Notes: generated by a model from the letters alone, not told the origin. A stretch of 47,956 nt of DNA from a virus (IMGVR_UViG_3300032270_000962:1-47956); one strand, 5' to 3'; counted from the first letter of the stretch, positions 9,478-19,598 are shown. A program made the numbers and translations.

Positions 9478-9720
9478 ATGAAAACAACTACTTACGCAGA
9501 CAAGGTCAAGTACGTCAGCCGCGATTACGGCTTTATGGTCGGCAAGACCGTCAAAGAAGTTCGCCCGATGACGCAAGTTGAGTGTGATGACTTGGCTTGG
9601 GAATTTGAGTACGAGGACTACGCCGTAGTGGTCATATTCACAGACGGAACAGGCTTTATCCCTATGGCTGACCCCGAAGGCAACGGTGCTGGCTTTCTTG
9701 CCGAAACGATTAGCTCATGA
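9478..9720 (+). CDS. Hypothetical protein
   Basis: Start moved to the ATG at 9478 (+35 of the motif copy at 9443); DPEGNGAG motif. Confidence 0.7.
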   Translation: MKTTTYADKVKYVSRDYGFMVGKTVKEVRPMTQVECDDLAWEFEYEDYAVVVIFTDGTGFIPMADPEGNGAGFLAETISS

Positions 9721-10277
9721 ACATAAGCGAATTCGTGGCAGAACACATCGAAGTTCTGAAACACACCAAGATTGATGGTTGTCGGCGCAACAAAGGCCCG
9801 ATGGACCTACAACCAATGATGGTTTGGGTCAATGAACATGACGATACGAACATTGCCATACTCGAAACAAAGGGTGAGAACACTCTGGATTACGTTCCAC
9901 AGACTTTCGGACTCCTTACGCAGCAGAATCCGAAGTTTGTCATCTTCATGGCAGAGTCTTTGGCTCGGGAGATTGACAAGTCAGAAGTAGACAAGTTTCT
10001 TAGCACTCATGTTCCCGGTAACTTGCAAAAAGAACACAAAAGTCGTGGCCCGCTATCGGGTATCAAAGAGCTAATCGCATTCAACGGACTCGATACGGAC
10101 ACGGGTGAGCAAGTTCACGGGTTCATGGAGTTCACGTATGACGATTTCGGTATTCCTGTGTTCTCTAAGCCGCGTATTGACGTGGTTTCAGAGGATCAGA
10201 TTGACAAAGCAAACATGACTTTCCTGTTTCATGAGTTCTACAAGATCATCAAGAAGATGCGAGCGCTTGACCTGTAA
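9717..10277 (+). CDS. Hypothetical protein
   Basis: ORF track; ATGA overlap with the upstream gene. Confidence 0.7.
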   Translation: MNISEFVAEHIEVLKHTKIDGCRRNKGPMDLQPMMVWVNEHDDTNIAILETKGENTLDYVPQTFGLLTQQNPKFVIFMAESLAREIDKSEVDKFLSTHVPGNLQKEHKSRGPLSGIKELIAFNGLDTDTGEQVHGFMEFTYDDFGIPVFSKPRIDVVSEDQIDKANMTFLFHEFYKIIKKMRALDL

Positions 10278-12141
10278 GTCTGTTCGCTATTCTTTGTCTA
10301 ACTGACTCGACTACATCGCCGCCGTCCACTGCCCCGGCGACAACTTGCTCTTTCCGAGAGATTGCACGGTGAATATCTTCGTCAATGCTCTCTGCAAGCA
10401 GCGCATACGTCACCCGGACTGATCCATGCTGTCCAATTCGATGTAAACGACTGTACGTTTGCTGCACATCAGCTGGCGTCCACGGTAGTTCGACAAAAAC
10501 TATGTCCTGAGCCGCTGTAAGAGTGTGCCCGGTCTTTGCGGCCTCGATTGAAAGAGCTATTGCCGGGCTATCTTCGACTGGATTCTCTTGGAATCGACGT
10601 TTAGCTTCCTCGACATCGGCCACAGACATGCCGCCTTGTATCTTCAGGCCGCCATATCGAGTTGCTATTGCGTTGACAATGTCCCGGTGGTGTGCTGCAA
10701 TCACTACTTTGCGCCCGGACTCGACCATTTCGTCGATTAGCTCAAAGACACCCGGCAATTTAGCCTCAGCAGCAAGCCGCCGCAGCACAGAAATACGTGC
10801 GAGCTGTTCTGGTGCGTTAGTTGATCGGCCATTTTGCTCAAGCCAGGCCCCCAAATCGGATGAAGCAGCGTCATAGTCCCGTTGTCCACGCTCTGATCCC
10901 TGAAAATACATAGTCGATTCAAAGATTGGCGGCAATTCAGACAGCACTTGCTCCTTGGTTCGCCGGATGTAACACGTCGAACGCAGCGTTGCGTTGAGTT
11001 CTTCAAGGTTTGAGTGTCCATCAAGCCGCCATTGACCATGTTTGTCTCGATGCGCATTGCAATACCGTCGATAGAAGCCCCATCGACCACCGAAACTGTC
11101 AAGCTGACCCAACAAATCAAGCTGCGCCACGTATTCTGCCGGGCGTGAAGCTACGGGTGTGCCGGTAAGTAGTAGCACCGGCGTCTCTTTGGTGGCCCGG
11201 CGAACGACTTTGATCGCTGCTTTGGTTCTTTGCGCGCCATATGTCTTCAGATAGTGGCTTTCATCGAACACGTAGCCGCCTAAACCAGTCAGCTGGGCCT
11301 GCCATGCAGTCAAATTGGGGTAACCGACGACCACAACGTCGTAAGTCCCGTGTTCAGGGAACTCTTTTCGCCCGGAAACAACCGCAACGCGCCGCTCTGG
11401 CAGCCATTTTGCATACTCTTTGGCCCAGTTGAGCGTCAAGTTTGCCGGGCATATGACAGCAATTGGGTAAACGGGTGACTCTTTATGCATCTCTTCGACT
11501 GCAGCAATACCCTGAAGCGTCTTTCCCAGCCCCATTTCGTCGGCGATGAAGCATCTACGTCTGTTTTTTGCATACATAACGCCGGCTTTCTGGTAAGACA
11601 TGAGCTTGTCAAACCCGGCAATGACAATTTCGGCCCCAGTCGAACGTGATTCGGCCAACGCGGCTTCCATCGTGACCCGGATTCGATCAGATTCTTCAAT
11701 CAACTGCAACGGGACTTCCACACGGAATGCCTTTGACCACGCAATGGCATGACTAATTGAGGAGATTGGGGCCTTCCAGGCCTTACTTTTTGAATCAAAC
11801 GTGATGCCGGGTATCTTTTTTATCTCACGAACACGCACAGGATCGTATGCAAATGACATGTAAACGTACTTCTCGTCCATGTGGATGCCAGTAACGGGGT
11901 TCTTATGCAGCGGAAGGTTCATCACAAGCACTTCAGGATCAATTGACAGGCCGATCTGAGCCGCAAATTCTCTTGCCGGGCCTAGTGATGTCACCGGGAC
12001 GCGCCATGCTCGATGCACTCGATCCCATTTTGCACCCGGAATGAGCTTGATTGAATCCACTTCGTCTCGATTGAACGGCCAACTGAGCAATAGATGATCG
12101 TCTTCGAGCGTCATTCGGCCCTTAGTGCCTGTTTCATTCAC
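10249..12141 (-). CDS. SNF2-family helicase/ATPase with two N-terminal HARP-like repeats (annealing-helicase-like)
   Basis: ADEMGLGKT, DESH, LLTGTP, GHTLTAA, ELPWTP..QQ..SRLHRIGQ motifs; duplicated 'IK.IPG..(W/F)D...AW..P' segments. Confidence 0.9.
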   Translation of the reverse strand: MNETGTKGRMTLEDDHLLLSWPFNRDEVDSIKLIPGAKWDRVHRAWRVPVTSLGPAREFAAQIGLSIDPEVLVMNLPLHKNPVTGIHMDEKYVYMSFAYDPVRVREIKKIPGITFDSKSKAWKAPISSISHAIAWSKAFRVEVPLQLIEESDRIRVTMEAALAESRSTGAEIVIAGFDKLMSYQKAGVMYAKNRRRCFIADEMGLGKTLQGIAAVEEMHKESPVYPIAVICPANLTLNWAKEYAKWLPERRVAVVSGRKEFPEHGTYDVVVVGYPNLTAWQAQLTGLGGYVFDESHYLKTYGAQRTKAAIKVVRRATKETPVLLLTGTPVASRPAEYVAQLDLLGQLDSFGGRWGFYRRYCNAHRDKHGQWRLDGHSNLEELNATLRSTCYIRRTKEQVLSELPPIFESTMYFQGSERGQRDYDAASSDLGAWLEQNGRSTNAPEQLARISVLRRLAAEAKLPGVFELIDEMVESGRKVVIAAHHRDIVNAIATRYGGLKIQGGMSVADVEEAKRRFQENPVEDSPAIALSIEAAKTGHTLTAAQDIVFVELPWTPADVQQTYSRLHRIGQHGSVRVTYALLAESIDEDIHRAISRKEQVVAGAVDGGDVVESVRQRIANRLTGQALASS

Positions 12142-12164
12142 GTCTTTAGACTACCATTTATGTC

Positions 12165-12491
12165 ATGACCAAGCGATTTGAGACCGAACCAGACACACCC
12201 GGCGATGAAATCGAGACTGAATCCCTGCTGGCCAAGCAATTGCAGCAGAAGATTGGATTGCTCGAGTCTAAGTTACGCGACATTGAGGGCAAGCTGAACG
12301 ACATTTCCAAAGACCCGGCATTCGCAACGCGCGTCAACATGGATGACGTCTCTTGGGTAAACAATGAAGGCTCGCTCGGATCTATCGCTGGCACTCTTGA
12401 GCGAACACCATTGATAAATGGGACCAAGAGCATCGGGCGGCTGAGAATGACCGATGAGTTAAAGGCTCGACTCAACGACGACATCCAGTAG
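12165..12491 (+). CDS. Hypothetical coiled-coil protein
   Basis: ORF track; TACCAT-N7-ATG. Confidence 0.55.
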   Translation: MTKRFETEPDTPGDEIETESLLAKQLQQKIGLLESKLRDIEGKLNDISKDPAFATRVNMDDVSWVNNEGSLGSIAGTLERTPLINGTKSIGRLRMTDELKARLNDDIQ

Positions 12492-12722
12492 TTCGCCATC
12501 AAACTCACGTGATTCATCCTCTTTGGAGATCGGCTGATAGAAGTCGTTGTGAGTTCTATTGACATTTGGACTACGAAGTGGGATAAAGGAGATGTGAACG
12601 CCTTTTGGCTGCCTCTCATACCACTCCAGAGCTTCTGCACCATTCATAAATGGCCCATAGACCTTTTGTAACGAGCCAACTTGGGCAATCATAGGTGTCT
12701 TGATCTCAAACAACGATGTCAT
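12459..12722 (-). CDS. Hypothetical protein
   Basis: ORF track; coupled to the upstream gene. Confidence 0.6.
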   Translation of the reverse strand: MTSLFEIKTPMIAQVGSLQKVYGPFMNGAEALEWYERQPKGVHISFIPLRSPNVNRTHNDFYQPISKEDESREFDGELLDVVVESSL

Positions 12723-13030
12723 TAGTCAATACTCACTTCAATGTCGTACTGGTCTTCCCATGGAACTTGGCATACGAAGTACCCGATGCGATTGACTACG
12801 TGATACCCGTTGATGATTACTGGATTGGTCTTGCCATCCACGTAAGTCCAGACAAGTAATCCAGAAGTACGCCGCACCATCGTTAGGACGTAATCCAATT
12901 CCGGGCCGTATGTCTCGAACATAACGCCGCCATCGCCATTGTCAAACGATGGATTCTCGCTTAGATGATTCAGGACCGGCTTGTAGGACTTCTCCCACTG
13001 GTCGATATCCATTTGAATAAGTTGTTTCAT
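12722..13030 (-). CDS. Conserved phage hypothetical protein
   Basis: MFETYG.E...VWT...NGYHVVNRIGY pattern. Confidence 0.7.
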   Translation of the reverse strand: MKQLIQMDIDQWEKSYKPVLNHLSENPSFDNGDGGVMFETYGPELDYVLTMVRRTSGLLVWTYVDGKTNPVIINGYHVVNRIGYFVCQVPWEDQYDIEVSID

Positions 13031-13575
13031 ACCCCTGAACCTACCAATACGTCATTGTCCGACGCAATTGACCACTTGTAGCGAGTCTTCCAGCTACGAG
13101 GCAGGCGAACTCCGTTCATCATTGGTGTCGTGAACTTGAATCCGCTGCGATAGATAAGCTCGCTGTAGCTTCCACCATTGGTGAACTCGATAGGTGTCTC
13201 GAATAGCACACGATCCCCGGACTTCAGTGTTGGCATCTTTGACCTCGCCGCGTGGTACTGCACTACCTTTGCTCGCCACTCTACGGCGTACTCATCAGTT
13301 GTTGGCGAGAGCAACTTAAGTAGTGCTAACGGGTAGCCGAGATCGCTAGGTCCCTCTTGATCGGAGATCAGTTTGGTAAGCACTTCAGTTTGGTAACCGT
13401 CTTTACGTCGCTTGGTGAGTGCTACGACAGCAAATACCTCACCAGACTTGACATTTTCAACGGCCCAATACTTGGCTCCCTTGTTCTTCACGACACGGTT
13501 ATGGTTGCCCCACTCTAGTTCTGCGCGAACTACCGACTCGCTGCTTTCATTGGTGAATCGTCCAGTCCAGCCCAC
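13027..13575 (-). CDS. DUF6927-like protein
   Basis: MGWT start; K...EGP...P...L.LLSP...A.EWR pattern. Confidence 0.6.
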   Translation of the reverse strand: MGWTGRFTNESSESVVRAELEWGNHNRVVKNKGAKYWAVENVKSGEVFAVVALTKRRKDGYQTEVLTKLISDQEGPSDLGYPLALLKLLSPTTDEYAVEWRAKVVQYHAARSKMPTLKSGDRVLFETPIEFTNGGSYSELIYRSGFKFTTPMMNGVRLPRSWKTRYKWSIASDNDVLVGSGV

Positions 13576-13577
13576 GA

Positions 13578-13745
13578 TTATGCCTCCACTTCCATAGGTG
13601 TATTCATGAACTCATGGTGATCTACTAGCGATGCCGTGAGTATTGAAGTCCACTCACGGATAGTAAAGGCATCCTCTGCGAGTGTGCCGTCCTGTAGCAA
13701 GTTGATGACCAATTCTTTACTGAACTTATCGGTTGATAGTGACAT
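13578..13745 (-). CDS. 55-aa hypothetical protein (missing from ORF track)
   Basis: MSLSTDKF...EVEA*; AGGAGGT Shine-Dalgarno site downstream of the motif copy at 13793. Confidence 0.6.
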   Translation of the reverse strand: MSLSTDKFSKELVINLLQDGTLAEDAFTIREWTSILTASLVDHHEFMNTPMEVEA

Positions 13746-13777
13746 GGCTTACCTCCTGATAAGCAACTTATCGGCTA

Positions 13778-14071
13778 CTAATCTTCCAGCGCAGACACTT
13801 GGGGATTCTCTGCGGCAAGCATTTTGATGAGTGTTAGCTCGTCATCGTCTTCGTGAGCTTCGAGGCACCAGTCATCGTCTTCTATGTTTGATGAGATACT
13901 CACGTGTTCCACATTGTCTAGATCGGAATAGGTATTCCGGTGCTTCAGCACAAGCCAGGCCCACTTGATCGCCTCGTACTTAGTCTCAAAGTCTTGACTC
14001 ACTACGACTGGGGCATAGCCATCCATGTCGGCCTCTACCGAACTGGTGGTTGCCCGGACTGTGTAGTTCAT
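13778..14071 (-). CDS. Hypothetical protein
   Basis: ORF track; the C-terminus (SALED*) reads through the motif copy at 13793. Confidence 0.6.
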   Translation of the reverse strand: MNYTVRATTSSVEADMDGYAPVVVSQDFETKYEAIKWAWLVLKHRNTYSDLDNVEHVSISSNIEDDDWCLEAHEDDDELTLIKMLAAENPQVSALED

Positions 14072-14295
14072 AGGCTCAGGATCGTTTCGCCGTACTCGCC
14101 ATCAAGGCTAAGTCCCTTGGCAACGAAGATACGTACGCGCTTTCGCACGCGGCTAGATGCCCACTCTTGGCAGACCTTGACTGCTTCATCAAGCGTTGGG
14201 TAAGTCTCTACCCACTCGTCGCAGTAGCCAGTGATCTGGCCGTCTAGTGGATAATCGCTCCATACGGCGGCGAATAGTTCTTGCTGTTTCAGCAT
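14068..14295 (-). CDS. Hypothetical protein
   Basis: ORF track; AAGGAG Shine-Dalgarno site. Confidence 0.6.
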   Translation of the reverse strand: MLKQQELFAAVWSDYPLDGQITGYCDEWVETYPTLDEAVKVCQEWASSRVRKRVRIFVAKGLSLDGEYGETILSL

Positions 14296-14313
14296 GGTGT
14301 CTCCTTTGCTCGG

Positions 14314-14994
14314 TTACTCAGACAGTACGGCGTCAACATTTGTGGACGCAGTTTCTCTTGGGCAGTCCTCGTACCAGTCCTCTTCTTCTGCCCATGCACA
14401 TTGAGAACACTCGGTCCCGGTCTCTTCCCATTCCTTGTGAGAGCTCGGTATGTCCCACGAACGGACTTCGCTTAGTTCGCCGGCCTTGCCCTCGAATACA
14501 ACTCCCCATCCCTGCTCTTCGACATTGACGAACTCAAACTCCAAGCTCGGGTGCTGCTCAACCATGGCTATGAATGCTCCCTCCGCCGGGGACCACGCCG
14601 TAGCGAAGTAGTAAATCAGCGATCCACTTGAATCATTCAATGAGACGTCGTTGGCATCCCACTTCGTTCCCCAGTTACGAATGTTCCAGTTGTACCAATT
14701 ATCACCTTTGAATTGCATAGCCTCGGCCATGCGCTCATCGAAGGTCATTGTCTCGTAGTTATCTGGCTTCTTCTCTTGGCCGAAGTAGGCATCGAGGTCA
14801 GTTGGGGTAATGAAGTTCCAGAACGACAGTGTGGAATTGTGTTCAACGGTGTCAATCGCATCTGCGTCGTACTTACCGTCGGTCCAAGTTCCAGTGTGAT
14901 GCGTCGTGTATGGCTTGGCTGCCTTACTCCTGAACTCATCAAGTGACTGCTTGTTGCCAGTCACGGTCATGGTGGTATTTACCCAGTTAGGCAT
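14314..14994 (-). CDS. Api92/DUF1281-like protein with ferredoxin-like domain
   Basis: MPNW start, WY.WN..NWGTKW, F.TAWSP and EE..G motifs; paralogue at 31454. Confidence 0.75.
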   Translation of the reverse strand: MPNWVNTTMTVTGNKQSLDEFRSKAAKPYTTHHTGTWTDGKYDADAIDTVEHNSTLSFWNFITPTDLDAYFGQEKKPDNYETMTFDERMAEAMQFKGDNWYNWNIRNWGTKWDANDVSLNDSSGSLIYYFATAWSPAEGAFIAMVEQHPSLEFEFVNVEEQGWGVVFEGKAGELSEVRSWDIPSSHKEWEETGTECSQCAWAEEEDWYEDCPRETASTNVDAVLSE

Positions 14995-15142
14995 TAGTTG
15001 TTCTCCCCATCCTCGTTGAATGTTGTCTCATCGACATACTGCTCTTCGTACTTCTTTAAGTTCATGACGGTTACTTGTTGGTCATACTTGCCGCCAACTA
15101 CCCAGTCGGCCAAGGACTTCCGAGTACCAGTGTTACGAACTC

Positions 15143-15613
15143 TCATCCTTGGGCGCGCCTGTCGTCATTGGGATTACGTGCCTCCCACTTGCCTCGCTCT
15201 CGAGTCTGGAAGTATCCAGTTGTCTTTGCCCACTGCGTGACCGTTGCGGCAGACAAGCCTGAAACCTCTACCAGCTCTTTCATCGTGAACTCTTTGTAGA
15301 TGTTCTCTTTGGCGAACGTGATGAGCTTGGCATACTTGTCTTTGCGCTTCTCGGCCTGCTCTGGTGCTTCACCAGCAAACTTGGTTATCGTCGCCGGCCA
15401 CACGTTGTAGAACGCAAGTACGGATCGCATCGAGTCTTCCGATCCGTCCCAGCCGACATTCAAGCAGTGTAGAGCTCGTATCTCCTCGCCGATCTCTGAG
15501 GCAACGTCTCCCGGCACCTTGTATGCAGTCCCATACTCAGCTATCGCCTCATCCCACAACTCTCGGTTGCGGCGTTCTATTTGTTCCACGGTTGGTTTGT
15601 CCATGATGATCAC
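15143..15613 (-). CDS. Hypothetical protein with C-terminal winged-HTH-like region
   Basis: FTMKELVEVSGLSAATVTQW...RGKW. Confidence 0.6.
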   Translation of the reverse strand: MIIMDKPTVEQIERRNRELWDEAIAEYGTAYKVPGDVASEIGEEIRALHCLNVGWDGSEDSMRSVLAFYNVWPATITKFAGEAPEQAEKRKDKYAKLITFAKENIYKEFTMKELVEVSGLSAATVTQWAKTTGYFQTRERGKWEARNPNDDRRAQG

Positions 15614-15882
15614 GATACAGCCTCTTCATCCACTGACGCTCGGTCCAGTCTTTCGTAGAAGTCTTTCGCTAGTTCGATGTAGTCGGCCCCATCGGATGCA
15701 ACAGAAGTGAGAAGTGTCATCAGTTCCTCTTCCACCATGTTGGGAAGTTCGTATCCATCTTCTGAGATCAACGTGTCGAACCACGAATCCACTAGTTCGT
15801 CTTTCTTTGCAGACCAAGCCAACTTCTGCATCTCCACCGGCAGCGTGTGGAAGAACCTCATCGCCCAGTTGTCATCAGACAT
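15610..15882 (-). CDS. Hypothetical protein
   Basis: ORF track; GGAG Shine-Dalgarno site. Confidence 0.6.
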   Translation of the reverse strand: MSDDNWAMRFFHTLPVEMQKLAWSAKKDELVDSWFDTLISEDGYELPNMVEEELMTLLTSVASDGADYIELAKDFYERLDRASVDEEAVS

Positions 15883-15995
15883 TTTGCAACTCCTCCCACA
15901 AGTGAAGATCGTTGTTCTCTGGTGCTGGACAGATCACGTCGTAATCCATCCAGTCTTGGTATGAGAAACCGCAGGCACAAGTTTGTTCAGACACT

Positions 15996-16220
15996 CTAGG
16001 ACTCCTCGCTCGTTGCCGCGTTCGGTGCGAACGTGGATGTGAAATACTCGTTAGTGAGTTGGCACTTCGTGATCGTTGTTGTGAACCTTGCTCGCTTGTC
16101 CATGAAGTCAACGCCAGCAGGATCATCAATCTGCGCGAGAACAGCACCTACGAGTCTGTCGCCCTCGACCTCACTAAGTAGATCGCTTGACTCAAACTCA
16201 ACAGTAATTGTGTATTTCAT
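15996..16220 (-). CDS. Hypothetical protein
   Basis: Start moved to the ATG at 16220 (GAAAGGG Shine-Dalgarno-like site), downstream of the motif copy at 16282. Confidence 0.6.
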   Translation of the reverse strand: MKYTITVEFESSDLLSEVEGDRLVGAVLAQIDDPAGVDFMDKRARFTTTITKCQLTNEYFTSTFAPNAATSEES

Positions 16221-16282
16221 ACGGTATGCCCTTTCGGTAGCAGGTGTATATGAATAGTAGAAGTGGCTCATCCGTTAGCGCA

Positions 16283-16504
16283 CTAACGACTCAACCTCTC
16301 GTAGGTTGACGCATCCTCGTATCGGACATCAACGTTCCCGGTCTTGATGGCGAGGCCGCCATTGTTCATCGGCCCGATGAGTGCGGCTAGGTCGAGTCCG
16401 TGTTGGTGCAGAAACTCGCAGAAGCCATCAAACGTTCCTTCGAACGTCTTGGACTCGGATGCGTGATTGGTCACGACTTGGTATTTGAGGTTGGTCTGTG
16501 TCAT
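16283..16504 (-). CDS. Hypothetical protein
   Basis: ATG at +35 of the motif copy at 16539; the stop codon abuts the motif copy at 16282. Confidence 0.7.
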   Translation of the reverse strand: MTQTNLKYQVVTNHASESKTFEGTFDGFCEFLHQHGLDLAALIGPMNNGGLAIKTGNVDVRYEDASTYERLSR

Positions 16505-16583
16505 ACACTCAATTTAGACCTATGTCATCTACGAGCGCATTAGCTGAGTGCGCCGATGAATGAGGCAACCCTATTGTTTGGTT

Positions 16584-16910
16584 ATGACAAACACCCAAAC
16601 CACATTCCACAAACCGTACTTCGCAAGTCGCTTTGACAGCGAGGTGCTGGAGTTCGCAGCATTCACACCAAACCTCGAGGACACCGATCAGGGAGACTTG
16701 ATCATCGGCTTCCGTTCTGGTCGTGCCTACTACTACCCAATGGTTTCGGCTGGCACTTACATCGGCTTGATCCTTGCCGAGAGTGCTGGCAGATACTTCA
16801 ATGCGAACATTCGCAACTTGCCAAACTTTGAGGCTTCAGAGGATCTCTTCGTCTCAACAAAGAACTTGGTTGATGTGCTTCTCGCACCGTTGGTGATTGC
16901 AGCCTCGTAG
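16584..16910 (+). CDS. KTSC-domain protein
   Basis: LIIGFRSGRAYYY..V....Y..L..AESAGRYFNANIR; ATG at +35 of the motif copy at 16549. Confidence 0.8.
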   Translation: MTNTQTTFHKPYFASRFDSEVLEFAAFTPNLEDTDQGDLIIGFRSGRAYYYPMVSAGTYIGLILAESAGRYFNANIRNLPNFEASEDLFVSTKNLVDVLLAPLVIAAS

Positions 16911-16953
16911 AACCCTTCGGGGTGATTGTAAGTTTGAGGCGCGAAAGTTACTA

Positions 16954-17367
16954 TTACGGATGTTGCGTGACCACTGTGTACGTTCCGTAGTGCGATGCAC
17001 TCGATGCGTATTCTGGGTCAAGAGTTTTTACCCATCCGCCTTCAGACTTCATCAAGACACCGGGATTGCCGGTAGCTTCACAGGTGACTGCGGCAACAGC
17101 TTCATACTTTGTCACCACGTCATCCATGGCTTTTCGAGTGCCAAGCAACGGCGATGACTCAAAGTAGTACCTCAACCCACCAAACTTTTGTTTGATTTGT
17201 ACGATTTGATAACCGGGATCAATCTGCGTCAACTCCTTGTCGCAATCAAGAACGAGCTGATACCAACCCTCATCAACATCTACTGACGGCCAGTATCCCG
17301 GAAGTATCTTCTTCTTGAGTTCCTCTATCTGTAGTTGTGTCTCGTTCACTTTATTGCATCCCACCAA
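16954..17367 (-). CDS. Conserved phage hypothetical protein (QIKQKFGGLR family)
   Basis: GWYQL...QIKQKFGGLRYY...TCE..G.PG...GW.KTL; start uncertain. Confidence 0.7.
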   Translation of the reverse strand: MVGCNKVNETQLQIEELKKKILPGYWPSVDVDEGWYQLVLDCDKELTQIDPGYQIVQIKQKFGGLRYYFESSPLLGTRKAMDDVVTKYEAVAAVTCEATGNPGVLMKSEGGWVKTLDPEYASSASHYGTYTVVTQHP

Positions 17368-17574
17368 GCATCCTCGATGTCACTCTGGCTTATCTGTTGC
17401 TCTACAAGGCGGCCCTCGAATGAAATAGTAAAGGCTTTACCACGCAATGCCCAGTACGTTGCTTCGATCACTGTGTCGCCCCATAAACGATTCATTCGAT
17501 ACAACCGAACAATGTGCCTACGACTGGGTCTATTCATCTTGTCCATATTCCAAGTATACGGTAGGGATGCGCAG

Positions 17575-17651
17575 TGGCGCATCGGGTAGGAATCGAACCT
17601 ACAACCTACAGATTAGAAGTCTGTTGCTCTATCCGATTGAGCTACCGATGC
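17575..17651 (-). tRNA. tRNA-Arg(TCT) with encoded CCA
   Basis: GCATCGG/CCGATGC acceptor stem, anticodon loop CTTCTAA, GTTCGATT T-loop, 3' GCCA. Confidence 0.93.
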
Positions 17652-17672
17652 ATTGTGGTTGCTGATTGTAGT

Positions 17673-17996
17673 TTACTCACAGGTCTCATAAACGTACTCT
17701 TGACCGTCATCTGCTACCCATAGCGAGAGTTCGCACTCATCCGATGAAGGAAGGTGGATTAAGCGTCCCGGCATCAAGGTTGAGCCGTAGAAATCCACTA
17801 CGTCGTCAGAAGCATTTTGTTTGTTGCCGTCACAATACTGCTCGACATAACCCCAGTAGTCATCGCCCTCTTTGGCGACTATCGGTGTCTTGTCGCACGA
17901 GTACGAGTCACCATTGGCCCAAATCTTGATGGCGAATCCACCAACGATGGCAAACAAGATTCCGATTACGCCGCGAGACATTCTTTGATTATTCAT
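17673..17996 (-). CDS. Membrane-anchored LysM-like protein
   Basis: N-terminal TM segment; IVAKEGDDYW...LMPGRLIHLP; paralogue at 21543. Confidence 0.6.
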   Translation of the reverse strand: MNNQRMSRGVIGILFAIVGGFAIKIWANGDSYSCDKTPIVAKEGDDYWGYVEQYCDGNKQNASDDVVDFYGSTLMPGRLIHLPSSDECELSLWVADDGQEYVYETCE

Positions 17997-18186
17997 ACAA
18001 CCCCATCTCCTCGTAAATCGGAAGTCTCCGTAGTGTGTTGAGTAGTGCGACAGACATTGAGTGCGACATTGAGTACCGATAATTTATGAAGTCATGGGCA
18101 ATACTCAACATCGCCCCAGAAAGTTTGTGGGTATTCCGAGACACCAATAGGCGACTCATCTCGCGTCGAATCTGTTCCTCTGTCAT
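17989..18186 (-). CDS. Hypothetical protein
   Basis: ATG at +35 of the motif copy at 18221. Confidence 0.6.
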   Translation of the reverse strand: MTEEQIRREMSRLLVSRNTHKLSGAMLSIAHDFINYRYSMSHSMSVALLNTLRRLPIYEEMGLYE

Positions 18187-18222
18187 GTCTCCAGCGTACG
18201 GAGTGTCCATCGCTCGGCGCAT

Positions 18223-18420
18223 TTAAGACCAAACCTCGCCAACGAGATTGAAGCCGTTGCGCTCACAGAATCGAAGGACTCTGTCCTTGGCGGCATCTTC
18301 CTCGTCCTCGTCATCTTCATCGCATACATAAGATCGCTCTCGGATGACCTTGCCAGTAGCTTGTTCAAGGATCTCGAACTCAATACCGCAGGTGGTGTGA
18401 ATAACTAGTTCAACGTTCAT
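18223..18420 (-). CDS. Hypothetical protein
   Basis: ATG at +35 of the motif copy at 18455. Confidence 0.65.
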   Translation of the reverse strand: MNVELVIHTTCGIEFEILEQATGKVIRERSYVCDEDDEDEEDAAKDRVLRFCERNGFNLVGEVWS

Positions 18421-18455
18421 ACCTTTAGTTTGTCCGATGCTCATCGCTGAACGCA

Positions 18456-18824
18456 CTATTCCTCGTCTTCGTCCTCGTCTTCGTCATCGCCAGCGCACTG
18501 GCTGATCAAGGTGACGAACCCATCGTTCGGGTCAAGATCGTCATGCCATACGGCAGAGATGAACTTCAGGCCACAAGAATCATCGAACCATTCTTCGAGT
18601 GTCGCAAGCATCGCCTCGGGCGTAGAGTGAATGCTCTCCACGACTGCAGGCTGATAGGTCGTGCGAAAGAAGTACGCCTCTTCCTCGTCCATCGCAAGGT
18701 AAATCTTGTGGCATTCGTCGAACGCGATCAGAACCGCATCCTTGACATATTCCCGAACCGCAGCCCAGCCTTCTTCGAGACTGTCGCCGTTGTGTGGTGC
18801 GTAATCATGTTGTGTTTTGGTCAT
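18456..18824 (-). CDS. Hypothetical protein, paralogue of 28257..28640
   Basis: AVLIAFD.CHKIYLAMD...SC.L.F..AVWH; follows the motif copy at 18858. Confidence 0.75.
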   Translation of the reverse strand: MTKTQHDYAPHNGDSLEEGWAAVREYVKDAVLIAFDECHKIYLAMDEEEAYFFRTTYQPAVVESIHSTPEAMLATLEEWFDDSCGLKFISAVWHDDLDPNDGFVTLISQCAGDDEDEDEDEE

Positions 18825-18858
18825 AATCAAGTATGGACTCCCCTCATTCGCCAACGCA

Positions 18859-19056
18859 CTAGAACATTGCGATCTGATTATCAGGTGGTTTGGCCTCAAT
18901 ACATATCTTGTGTGCGAACCGATACGTGGATGACACAGCCTTGACTATCCGGCCCTTGACTGACCATCCAGTCACAAGCTCGGCAGTGGACTCGCCCTTT
19001 GGATCGACTGAGTATCCACATACGACACACTGGAACATTCCATTCATACCAAGCAC
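18859..19056 (-). CDS. Small Zn-binding protein
   Basis: CVVC...HKIC; the stop codon abuts the motif copy at 18858. Confidence 0.55.
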   Translation of the reverse strand: MLGMNGMFQCVVCGYSVDPKGESTAELVTGWSVKGRIVKAVSSTYRFAHKICIEAKPPDNQIAMF

Positions 19057-19077
19057 TCTACCGTTGCGACAGTTTGA

Positions 19078-19326
19078 TTACTGAACTGAAAGTGTCTGTT
19101 CGGCATCGAACTCGCGTGAAACTAGGCGACCTTGTGAGTTGATGAAGTCCACACTGACTACTGGCTCTAGGTCTCGCCCACGAGTCATCATAGAAAGTGC
19201 GCGGCGGTCAGTACGAGCTTGTCGAGACGAGACATACTTTACGGTCATCGGTTCACGATTGATGAATGTCCTGTCACCAGAACGAAGGTTTCGGGCCTGG
19301 ACTAATCGCCCGACTGTCTCTTCCAT
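19078..19326 (-). CDS. Hypothetical protein
   Basis: ORF track; TAATG coupling. Confidence 0.6.
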   Translation of the reverse strand: MEETVGRLVQARNLRSGDRTFINREPMTVKYVSSRQARTDRRALSMMTRGRDLEPVVSVDFINSQGRLVSREFDAEQTLSVQ

Positions 19327-19598
19327 TACTTGTAGAACTCGTCTTTGAGTTCACGTGCGAACGACAGTGCATCGTTGGCAGTGTCCTTGTATCCGTCAAG
19401 TTGAGACTTGGCGAACTGGTATCCAAAGTAACCACCCACGATCAAGAGGGCAAGAAAGATTCGACCGAACCCGATAAATCCGAGTATGTCAAACACTATG
19501 CCGAATACGAAACTTGGTGCGAGTAGCACGAAGCCGAGGCCGGCGATTACTGGATGATCTTTCACCCACGAAACAATGTTGCTTGTTATGTTTTTCAT
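19326..19598 (-). CDS. Small membrane protein
   Basis: Hydrophobic core; ATG at +35 of the motif copy at 19633. Confidence 0.65.
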   Translation of the reverse strand: MKNITSNIVSWVKDHPVIAGLGFVLLAPSFVFGIVFDILGFIGFGRIFLALLIVGGYFGYQFAKSQLDGYKDTANDALSFARELKDEFYK